Origin: Dehalococcoidia bacterium
GTDB lineage: Bacteria; Chloroflexota; Dehalococcoidia; E44-bin15
Direction: 5' to 3'
NCBI GenBank assembly: GCA_034430255.1
Contig: DAOUEU010000046.1
Location: forward strand, 1-43,059
Length of the DNA stretch: 43,059 nucleotides
The notes under the pieces were generated by a model that saw only the letters and a program-made list of their open reading frames with translations, searched no databases and had not been told where the DNA came from. Below, piece by piece: positions 28,957-37,144 of the stretch. A program made the translations under genes and the position numbers. Each line of letters opens with the position of its first letter. The first letter of the stretch is position 1.

Positions 28957-29056
28957 GTATCTTTACTCGCAATAGGATAAGTAAAACCCCTTCGCCGGTT
29001 GGGAGTAAGAGGAGCCTGAGGCATATATTTTAGAGACATTGAAAGGAGTTTGAGTA

Positions 29057-30103
29057 ATGGTAACGCAGGATATTTATAAAGAGCTGGCAGAGATGATAAA
29101 ACGGGACGATCCTCATGTGGTCGGTGTGCCGCTTACCCCTGCATTCTTCAAGGTGCTGAGCCTTCAGTTTACCCCTGAGGAGGCCCAACTGGCCCTTAAA
29201 ATAGGTCTCACCGGAGGAACACTGGATGAGCTTTCAGCGAAGCTTGGCATAAACAAGGACAGACTTAAGAAAACGCTTTACACTATGGCAGATAAGGGCA
29301 CTATGTGGATTGACCCGGGCAAGGAGGATCCGATTTACCGGGTGCTTGGGAGTTGTGCGCCGGGGCTTGTAGAGACCGGCCTTTTCGGGGGCATCAGGTT
29401 TCCATATGACGTGGAGTTGGGCAAGGCGTTACACCAGGTCATGTATGATTGGGCAAGGGACAATCTCTGTACACTGGGGTTTCCTTTTGCACCTGTCTGG
29501 GCTCATCCATGGGTGCTGCCTGATGATGCGCGTCCGGAGGAGAACCTCGCGGATTTTCTAAAGGGACAGGACTACTTCAGCGTGTCCACGTGTCCCTGTC
29601 GTCTCTCACATTGGCTTGCCGATCCCGGAAACCATTGTAGACATATGCTGGAAACATGCCTTCATACCGGTGATTGCGCCCGATGGTGTGTGGAGCATGG
29701 TCAGGGGCGGGAGCTTACCTTGGATGAGGCTCTCGAGCTGCTCAAGAAAGCAAATGCGGATGGTCTGGTCCACACCATTAACATAGAGGGCTTCATATGC
29801 AATTGCTGCACCGACTGCTGCCCCTTGTTCATGGGTTTGCACCAGCTAAATACTAAAACGATGATCGCGTCGCCGTTTATCCCACAGATAAAGGAGGAGG
29901 AGTGCAATGCCTGCGGGGATTGTGAGGATATTTGCCCCGTAAACGCGATGAAGGTTGATAAAATAGCCGAAGTTGATGTAGACGCTTGCATCGGTTGCGG
30001 CTTGTGCGTCACTCACTGTTCCATGGAGGCTCTCACCCTGATGAGGAGGCCTGAAGACAAGCAAGTCGATATGCCAGACGAGGTTAAGCAGCATGTGGGA
30101 TGA
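29057..30103 (+). CDS. Cysteine-rich Fe-S protein with a C-terminal 2x[4Fe-4S] ferredoxin domain; function unknown
   Basis: The C-terminus has CNACGDCEDICP and CIGCGLCVTHC. Upstream are additional Cys motifs: STCPCR, HC..., C...DC..WC and ICNCCTDCCP. AAAGGAG lies 8 nt upstream of the ATG. Confidence 0.75.
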   Translation: MVTQDIYKELAEMIKRDDPHVVGVPLTPAFFKVLSLQFTPEEAQLALKIGLTGGTLDELSAKLGINKDRLKKTLYTMADKGTMWIDPGKEDPIYRVLGSCAPGLVETGLFGGIRFPYDVELGKALHQVMYDWARDNLCTLGFPFAPVWAHPWVLPDDARPEENLADFLKGQDYFSVSTCPCRLSHWLADPGNHCRHMLETCLHTGDCARWCVEHGQGRELTLDEALELLKKANADGLVHTINIEGFICNCCTDCCPLFMGLHQLNTKTMIASPFIPQIKEEECNACGDCEDICPVNAMKVDKIAEVDVDACIGCGLCVTHCSMEALTLMRRPEDKQVDMPDEVKQHVG

Positions 30104-30214
30104 TGATACCGTCATAGGCGTTAGCCATATATCGGGTGTTAAAATAGTGCACGATTGTGTAGGATTACTGCTAAAAGTGCTAAGTTTGTCTGGAGCTATT
30201 TAAGGCGAGTTGAA

Positions 30215-30973
30215 ATGAAGGGGTTAGAAGGCAAGGTCGCCGTGGTAACGGGAGGAGGCTCCGGAATAGGACGGAGCACTGCGCTAGCCTTTTCTGCAGA
30301 GGGTACAAGGGTTGTCGTTGCCGATATTGACGTTGATGGGGGCATGGAAACAGTCAAGATGATAAAGGAGAGTACCGGACAGGCCTGCTTCATCAAAACC
30401 GACGTTACCCGGGCAGACGAGGTCGAGGAAATGGTTAATAAAGCAGTTGAGAAATACGGACGACTCGACTTTGCCTTTAATAATGCCGGCATTGATGGCG
30501 ATGTCGCATCCGTCACCAAATACATTGAAGAGAATTGGGACCAGGTAATAAACATAAACCTCAAGGGCGTGTGGCTTTGTATGAAATACGAGATCCCGCA
30601 AATGCTCAAGCAAGGTGGTGGTGCCATCGTTAATACATCATCCACTGCCGGACTTACTGGCGTTGGACCCAACCCTGCCTATGTCGCAAGTAAACACGGC
30701 GTTATAGGCCTGACAAGGGCGGCAGCACTTAAATATGCCAAGAGAGGCATCCGTGTAAATGCTGTATGCCCAGGTGTCATCTACACACCATTAGTGAAGA
30801 AACTTATAGACATCTACCCGGATATGGAGAAGGATGTAACCAGCATGCAACCAATGGCACGTATTGGTATACCAGAAGAGGTTGCCCAGGCAACTATTTG
30901 GTTATGCTCAGATGCAGCCTCGTTTATAACCGGGCACCCCTTATCGGTAGATGGTGGAATGGTGGCTCAATAG
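30215..30973 (+). CDS. Short-chain dehydrogenase/reductase (classical SDR)
   Basis: VAVVTGGGSGIGRS (TGxxxGxG), NNAG, and S...YVASK (catalytic YxxxK). The start is the ATG at 30215 inside the longer ORF from 30155. Confidence 0.9.
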   Translation: MKGLEGKVAVVTGGGSGIGRSTALAFSAEGTRVVVADIDVDGGMETVKMIKESTGQACFIKTDVTRADEVEEMVNKAVEKYGRLDFAFNNAGIDGDVASVTKYIEENWDQVININLKGVWLCMKYEIPQMLKQGGGAIVNTSSTAGLTGVGPNPAYVASKHGVIGLTRAAALKYAKRGIRVNAVCPGVIYTPLVKKLIDIYPDMEKDVTSMQPMARIGIPEEVAQATIWLCSDAASFITGHPLSVDGGMVAQ

Positions 30974-31004
30974 ACTCAATTACACAAGCGAAGAACTGAA
31001 TTAA

Positions 31005-31280
31005 CTATTTGTGTATTTTTTCTTTAAAATAGTCTTGTATACTTTTCCCTAGGTTTTCAGCCTCTTTTCCCACCTCTCTAAACTTGGCTTTGGTTTCATC
31101 ATCTTTGACATTGCTTGCTAAAATCTTAGCTGACTCAACAATACTTTCCCCGAAAGCCTTGGCCTTTTCCTTCAGCTCAGGGTCGTTAAATATTTGGCTT
31201 ATGGCATCTCCAAATGATTTAATCATTTCACCAAACTGTTCTGCAGGTTTTTTCTTATCAATATTTCCTTCTTGTGACAT
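31005..31280 (-). CDS. Small (91 aa) K/E-rich predicted helical protein, function unknown
   Basis: MSQEGNIDKKKPAEQFGEMIKSFGDAISQIFNDPELKEKAKAFGESIVESAK.... GAGAGGGG lies 5 nt upstream of the ATG at 31280. No family was recognised. Confidence 0.55.
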   Translation of the reverse strand: MSQEGNIDKKKPAEQFGEMIKSFGDAISQIFNDPELKEKAKAFGESIVESAKILASNVKDDETKAKFREVGKEAENLGKSIQDYFKEKIHK

Positions 31281-31453
31281 AGTGCCCCTCTCTATTGTTA
31301 ATCTTTTATACATTACTTCTAGGCTGACTTGCCTGATTATAAAATGCACAGAGCCATATTTTCAGTAAACTATCGGTTACAGTGTGAACGGGTACACTAT
31401 TTCTACATTGAGGTAGTGGAAAGGTAGATATTGTCAGCCGCTTTTACAACTTT

Positions 31454-32611
31454 CTAGACGAAGGCTCTAATCCCCAGAGCTCTCCTTCCCACGATAAGTT
31501 TCTGCATCTGCGTGGTGCCGTCGGGTATGGTTAGAGTCCTGGCATCCCTGAAGTATCGCTCTACCGGATACTCTTCGGAAAGCCCCATAGCCCCGTGTAT
31601 CTGGATGGCCTTTGAGGTCGTCCTCACCGCTGCTTCGGTGGCGTAGGCCTTTGCCAGTGATGCCTGCCAGCGGCATTTCTCCCCCTTATCCAGCAGGTCT
31701 AGGGCGCGGAACGATAGAAGTCGCCCGGCTTCGGTCTCGGCTATCATATCCACGACCATCTCCTGTATCATCTGGAAACTACCCAGTTGGCGGCCAAACT
31801 GGGTTCTGTCCTGGGCGTATTTAATTGAAGCGTCTATAGCAGCCTGAGCGATACCTGTGCAGGTTGCTCCCACCATCGCCCGTGACACATCGAAAAAGGC
31901 CATTGTCCGCTCGTAGCCTGAGCCCGGGTCTAACTGGTTTACTCTGGGAACCCGACAGTCATTGAACGAAAGCTCCGAGGTAGGAAAGGAACGTAGCCCC
32001 AGCTTGTGTAGCTCTCTTGCGTCGAAAGGAGAGACATCCCTCTCAACAAGCATAAAGGACATCCCCAAAGGGCCCAGCGACTTATCTGTTGTGACGAGGA
32101 TAAAAGCGGCATCGGCTATACTGCCATTTGAAATCCACGTCTTTGTCCCGTTGATGACATAGTCGTCCCCATCCAGAACTGCAGTGGTCTCCACGCCGGC
32201 GACGTCGGAGCCGACATTAGGCTCTGTTATCGCTAAACAACCTATGTAGTCACCAGAAGCAGCGAGAGGTAGCAGTCTCTCCTTCTGCTCCGGGTTGCCC
32301 GCTTCGTTTAAGAGCCACCAGAAGGCTGCGGCAATGAAAAGTGTTCCGGCAAGGCTGCCCCAGGCCCTGGCAAGCTCTTCGACTAAGATGCCGTTTGTCT
32401 TGTGGTCCAATACCGAACCGCCGTACTGTTCGGGCAGAAAGCCTACCAGATAGCCGAAGGGCATCAACTGTTGAATAAGGGAGACGGCGGTTTCCTTATC
32501 AAGCGCGCCTTTCTTTTCCTGCTCATCAACAACAGGCACAATCTCCTTATCAAGGAATTTGCGTACGTTGGTCTTCAGCATCTGTTGCTCTTCAGTTAGA
32601 TCGAAGTCCAT
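31454..32611 (-). CDS. Acyl-CoA dehydrogenase
   Basis: LAITEPNVGSDVAG...GTKTWISNG...YATEAAVRTTSKAIQIHGAMGLSEEYPVERYFRDAR is the ACAD fold, including the catalytic Glu region. Confidence 0.92.
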   Translation of the reverse strand: MDFDLTEEQQMLKTNVRKFLDKEIVPVVDEQEKKGALDKETAVSLIQQLMPFGYLVGFLPEQYGGSVLDHKTNGILVEELARAWGSLAGTLFIAAAFWWLLNEAGNPEQKERLLPLAASGDYIGCLAITEPNVGSDVAGVETTAVLDGDDYVINGTKTWISNGSIADAAFILVTTDKSLGPLGMSFMLVERDVSPFDARELHKLGLRSFPTSELSFNDCRVPRVNQLDPGSGYERTMAFFDVSRAMVGATCTGIAQAAIDASIKYAQDRTQFGRQLGSFQMIQEMVVDMIAETEAGRLLSFRALDLLDKGEKCRWQASLAKAYATEAAVRTTSKAIQIHGAMGLSEEYPVERYFRDARTLTIPDGTTQMQKLIVGRRALGIRAFV

Positions 32612-32672
32612 ATCATCATCCTTCTGATAAATGGAGCGAACCGAAGACCGAAGGTGATTTCTTTACCTGCAA

Positions 32673-33869
32673 CTAAAGCCCCACCAAGAAAACGCTGACA
32701 ACATTTACCGGGGGAATTCCCCCCATGTTATGGGTAAGGCCAAATTTTGGATCCTTTATCTGCCGTGGCCCGGCCTTCCCCTGAAGCTGCTTGTACATCT
32801 CATACATCATCCGCAGCCCCGAAGCGCCAATGGGATGACCGAAGCACTTGAGGCCTCCGTCAGGCTGTGAGGGGATTTTACCATCGATGTCGTAGAAACC
32901 CGCCTCGATATCTTCCTTGGCTCGCCCACGTGGCGAGATTCCCAAGTCTTCGTACTCGGTAAGCTCTGTGATGGAGAAACAGTCGTGGACCTCCATCATG
33001 CTTAGCTCCTCCCGGGGGCTCTTGATCCCCGCCTCAGCGTAAGCCTTCTTTGAGGCTCTGACAGTAGTCTCCACATGAGCATAGTCCCAGTCGGTGAACA
33101 TCAGCTCCTCTCCGGAACTCACAGAGATCTGTAGTGCCTTAACATAGACCGGATCAGGCCTGAATTTCTTGGCCAGCTCGGCCCGGGTCACTATGGCCGC
33201 CGCAGCGCCATCACTCACCCCGCAGCAGTCAAATAGACCCAGAGGCCAGGCTACGATAGGAGCGTTCATTACCTGTTCGATGGTGATCTCGCGGCGAAGG
33301 TGCGCCTTGGGGTTCATAGCCCCGTTGTGATGGCTCTTCACCGATATATGGGCCAGGGCACGTTTGCCTTCATCGGGGCTGAGGCCATACTGCGAGAAAT
33401 ACCTGGTACCCATCATGGCAAACGCCCCGGGAGGAGTAAAATTGGGAAAGGCAGCCCTCAGCGATGTCCCCATCTGGGTATCGTTTTGAGGAAGACCACC
33501 ATAGCCAGTGTCCTTAAGCTTCTCCACACCGAGTGCCAAACATATATCATAGGCCCCGGCGGCAACGGCATAGCAGGCTCCTCTCAAGGCCTCCGAGCCA
33601 GTGGCGCAGAAGTTCTCGACTCTCGTTGCCGGAATGAACGGCAGCTTTAACGTAGCAGCTATGGGGATGGCGGACTTCCCCACAGAGACCTCCTCATAGC
33701 ATGTTCCAGACCAGGCAGCATCGATGTCTTTCTTCTCTATACCGGCGTCCTCGATAGCTTCGATAAAGGCCTCGATCATTAAGTCCTGAGGGCCCTTGTC
33801 CCACCGTTCTCCAAACTGGGTGCATCCCATCCCGATAATAGCGATCCTGTCCTTTATCCCTTCAGCCAT
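32673..33869 (-). CDS. Thiolase, SCP-x / archaeal-type (acetyl-CoA C-acyltransferase-like)
   Basis: RVENFCATGSEAL has the nucleophile Cys88. HDCFSITEL, GGLKCFGHPIGASGL and NMGG are C-terminal thiolase motifs. Confidence 0.9.
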   Translation of the reverse strand: MAEGIKDRIAIIGMGCTQFGERWDKGPQDLMIEAFIEAIEDAGIEKKDIDAAWSGTCYEEVSVGKSAIPIAATLKLPFIPATRVENFCATGSEALRGACYAVAAGAYDICLALGVEKLKDTGYGGLPQNDTQMGTSLRAAFPNFTPPGAFAMMGTRYFSQYGLSPDEGKRALAHISVKSHHNGAMNPKAHLRREITIEQVMNAPIVAWPLGLFDCCGVSDGAAAAIVTRAELAKKFRPDPVYVKALQISVSSGEELMFTDWDYAHVETTVRASKKAYAEAGIKSPREELSMMEVHDCFSITELTEYEDLGISPRGRAKEDIEAGFYDIDGKIPSQPDGGLKCFGHPIGASGLRMMYEMYKQLQGKAGPRQIKDPKFGLTHNMGGIPPVNVVSVFLVGL

Positions 33870-33893
33870 AATTACTCCCTTCTGAATTTGTTT

Positions 33894-35339
33894 CTAAACT
33901 CGAATTGGCGTTGCTTTCCAGTAGTAGGCATGGATACCACGTGTCACGTCGTGATACTTCCTGCGGAAGCTCATCTCCACCGGCATACCTACCTCAAGCG
34001 AATCAAGCTCGCAGTCTATGAGATCACATAACCACCTTCCCCCTCCCTCGAAGTCTACCATGCCGTAGATTGCCGGTGGGCTGGGACTGAAGGCTAAGAT
34101 ATCTCCGGTATAGGTGAACAGGTGCCCCTTCTTATCGGAGAAGCGATAGCTTTCCATCTCATGGACAGCTCCACATTTAGGATTGGCACATATCTCCTGC
34201 GGGGGGTATTGTGGGGTTCCACAGCGCTTGCACTTCGATCCGCAGAGGCCCAGGACCATCCTTCTTTCCCTCCACAGCGTTGACAGCTGGGTGGGGGCAA
34301 CCTCTTCTCCACGACCCCCAGTGTCTATATTCAGTATCTCACGGAAGGTGACGTATTTCTCGTAGCTACCCAGATCTTTCTTTGAAGCCAGGTGTCCCTT
34401 GACCCCCCTTCTATCCCTGGCCTTCTCTATTTCTCCGGTAACCTCCAGGAATAGAGCGTCGCTACCGTTACCATAACTGGCAACGAGAATCTTGTCTCCG
34501 GGCTTGGCCACCTCCAGTGCCGCTACCAGTATCTGGAGGGTGTAGGCAGTGCCGGTATTACCTATAGCTGTAAACATGTGGTCCTGTATTTGATCAGGTT
34601 CAAACCCCAGTTTTTTGCCTATGTCTGCATGGGCTCTTATATAGAGGCATGGGTAAACCACCTTGGCAAAGTCCTTGGGCGTAAGCTTGTATTTATTAAG
34701 AAGCCCGGAGATAGACTCTGAGATGAATTTGTCATAGCCTTCATCCCTGACCCATCTGTCCTCCCAGGTACGGTTATACCTGTCGGTATCTGCCCTCCAG
34801 TTGTCCACGAAATCATAGGAGAGGGAGTAGGTGCCCTCGACGCTGGCGATCACCCCACTATCTCCAAAAAGGAGGGCTGCTGCGCCATCACCGTAGATCT
34901 CCTCCTGAAAGCCACCCGGTTTCCCCAGACGGCAATCTGAGGCACATACCATGACGTTCTTCGCTGAACCCGATGATACCGCATCGTAGGCAGAGATGAG
35001 AGCACCTGTTCCAGACTTGATGGATGTGGTGAAGTCAGACGTTCGAATCGCGGGGCTGAGGTCGAGGGCAGTGGCTATTATGCCCGCATTCTGCCTTTCC
35101 CTGTAGGGTGTGGTGGTGGTGGCAAAGAAAAGCCCGTCGATCTTCTCCCGCTCAAGCCCGTTCATACAGTCCATGGCGGAGGCTACCGCCATCGTGACGC
35201 TGTCCTCGTCATAGTTGGCCACTGCTTTCTCGCCGGGAAGGAGGGATGCTGGGTTTAGCCACCCTAGGGCCCCATAGATAGTCATGCGGTTGATGCGGTA
35301 CAAAGGGATATAAGCACCGTACGAAGTAATTCCTACCAT
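33894..35339 (-). CDS. HMG-CoA-synthase-like domain (apparently lacking the Glu/Cys/His triad) fused to a DUF35 zinc-ribbon/OB-fold domain
   Basis: Residues 1-~345 align by eye to archaeal-type HMGCS: GITSYGAYIPLYRI, YDEDSVTMAV, GDGAAALLF, GNTGTA. Residues ~360-481 contain CGSKCKRCG...CANPKCG followed by an OB-fold (GMVDFEGGGRW...VGMPVEMSFR), which is DUF35. Confidence 0.8.
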   Translation of the reverse strand: MVGITSYGAYIPLYRINRMTIYGALGWLNPASLLPGEKAVANYDEDSVTMAVASAMDCMNGLEREKIDGLFFATTTTPYRERQNAGIIATALDLSPAIRTSDFTTSIKSGTGALISAYDAVSSGSAKNVMVCASDCRLGKPGGFQEEIYGDGAAALLFGDSGVIASVEGTYSLSYDFVDNWRADTDRYNRTWEDRWVRDEGYDKFISESISGLLNKYKLTPKDFAKVVYPCLYIRAHADIGKKLGFEPDQIQDHMFTAIGNTGTAYTLQILVAALEVAKPGDKILVASYGNGSDALFLEVTGEIEKARDRRGVKGHLASKKDLGSYEKYVTFREILNIDTGGRGEEVAPTQLSTLWRERRMVLGLCGSKCKRCGTPQYPPQEICANPKCGAVHEMESYRFSDKKGHLFTYTGDILAFSPSPPAIYGMVDFEGGGRWLCDLIDCELDSLEVGMPVEMSFRRKYHDVTRGIHAYYWKATPIRV

Positions 35340-35468
35340 AGTACTCCATCCTTTCTACTTTTCAGGTGAACTATAGTGTACCATGTCTATACTCAAGGTT
35401 CAATTGCTATGGATTATACTCCGATGATATCACCCCTTCCTGGATAAAGGACAGACCGAATAATCTGT

Positions 35469-37061
35469 CTAGTACTTAACGGACTTTCCATACTTCTCCC
35501 TGAGGACTGTCTTCAGCACCTTACCCGCTGGGTTACGGGGAAGGGCATCCATGAAATCCACCGACTTAGGCTTCTTGTAGCTGGCCAGATTCTGCTTGCA
35601 GTACTCCACGACCTCCTCCCCGGTCATGCTCTCTCCTTGCTTACAGACCACAATGGCCTTAACCGATTCGCCCCACTCCTCGTCGTGAACCCCGATTACG
35701 GCACACTCCAGGATCTTGGGGTGACTGAAGAGGACTTCTTCGATCTCTGCGGGGTAGATATTCTCTCCCCCGCTGATAATCATGTCCTTCTTCCGGTCTA
35801 CGATATAGATAAACCCTTCTTCATCCTGCCTCACCAGATCGGTGGAGTGAAACCATCCTCCCCTCATGGCTTCCGCGGTGACCTCAGGGTCCTTGTAGTA
35901 CTCCTTCATTACAGTAGGTCCCCGGTAAATCGCCTCCCCGATTTCTCCCACTGACACATCGTTGTCTTTTTCGTCTACCACCCGTATCTCGATAAAGGGA
36001 AGGGCTCGGCCCACCGATGTCTCTCGCCCCTCATATTCGCTGGGCATAAGACCTGAAACCACCGGGCTCATCTCGGTCTGCCCGAACATGTCGAAGATCT
36101 TGACATTAGAGAAGTGCTTAATGATTTGCTTCCGAGTCTCTGTGGGCAGAATCGCCGCTCCTGTCACCCAAAGTTGGAGTGAACTGGTATCGTATTTCTC
36201 CAGATCAGGAAGCTGTAGCAGGAAGAACGCCATTGCTGGTATCAGGAGAATGGCATTGATTTTTTCCTTCTCGATGGTCTGCATGATATATTCAGGGTTG
36301 AAAACCTCCACTGGTAATACCATGGTGGCACCCAGGAAAAAACTGATCTGGCAGAAGGCGAAAGCCGCTAGGTGGAATATAGGAGGAACAGCAAAAGCTG
36401 TAGCGTTGGTAATATCAGGCATTCCCGGTTCAGAGGCCACAAACATGCTTTCTAGCATGCACATCACCACTTCATTCTTGTGGGTTAATACAGCGCCCTT
36501 GGGACTACCGGTGGTTCCAGCGGTGTACATGATGAATGCAGGGTCCTCTTCTTCCACCATAATGAGCGGTTCATCGTCGGTATACTTCGCAATCCAGGTT
36601 TCGTAGTGCAGCATGCCCTCCACTGGCTTATCAGTGATGGAAACATAGTTCCTCACCTTGGGCAGGTCCTTTTGTATGCCACTTATCATTTCCGTAAAAG
36701 CCTCCCCCATGATGAAGGCCTCGGCCTCAGAGTGATTTACAATGTACTTTAGCTCTTCTCCATGGAGTCGGAAGTTGAGGGGCACTGCCACCCCACCGAT
36801 CTTCGCTAGTGCAAAGTAGGCCTCCATAAACTGGTTGCAGTTGAAGGCCAGTATAGCTACCTTGGACCCCTTATTTATTCCCAAATCCAGCAAGGCGTGG
36901 GCCAGCCGGTTTACGCGTGCATTGAACTGCCTGTATGTCAGGCGCACTTTTCCATATATCAGCGCCTCTTTGTCGGGGAACTTACGCGCGTCACGAGCAA
37001 CCATTTCCCCTAAAAGAAGCCTTCTTCCCAGTGCTTCCTCTATTACATGTTTGTCCTTCAT
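35469..37061 (-). CDS. AMP-dependent acyl-CoA synthetase/ligase
   Basis: IMYTAGTTGSPKGAVLTH is the AMP-binding P-loop. GQTE, YRGPTVMKEYY, GWFHSTDL, DRKKDMIISGGENIYPAEIE and the C-terminal PRNPAGKVLK are further ligase motifs. Confidence 0.93.
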   Translation of the reverse strand: MKDKHVIEEALGRRLLLGEMVARDARKFPDKEALIYGKVRLTYRQFNARVNRLAHALLDLGINKGSKVAILAFNCNQFMEAYFALAKIGGVAVPLNFRLHGEELKYIVNHSEAEAFIMGEAFTEMISGIQKDLPKVRNYVSITDKPVEGMLHYETWIAKYTDDEPLIMVEEEDPAFIMYTAGTTGSPKGAVLTHKNEVVMCMLESMFVASEPGMPDITNATAFAVPPIFHLAAFAFCQISFFLGATMVLPVEVFNPEYIMQTIEKEKINAILLIPAMAFFLLQLPDLEKYDTSSLQLWVTGAAILPTETRKQIIKHFSNVKIFDMFGQTEMSPVVSGLMPSEYEGRETSVGRALPFIEIRVVDEKDNDVSVGEIGEAIYRGPTVMKEYYKDPEVTAEAMRGGWFHSTDLVRQDEEGFIYIVDRKKDMIISGGENIYPAEIEEVLFSHPKILECAVIGVHDEEWGESVKAIVVCKQGESMTGEEVVEYCKQNLASYKKPKSVDFMDALPRNPAGKVLKTVLREKYGKSVKY

Positions 37062-37144
37062 GGTTATACTCCCATATTTTCAGAAGGCTTTATTAGAATG
37101 CTAGATGCAAATCATCAGTATCGATTTATTTTGACACTGATGGT

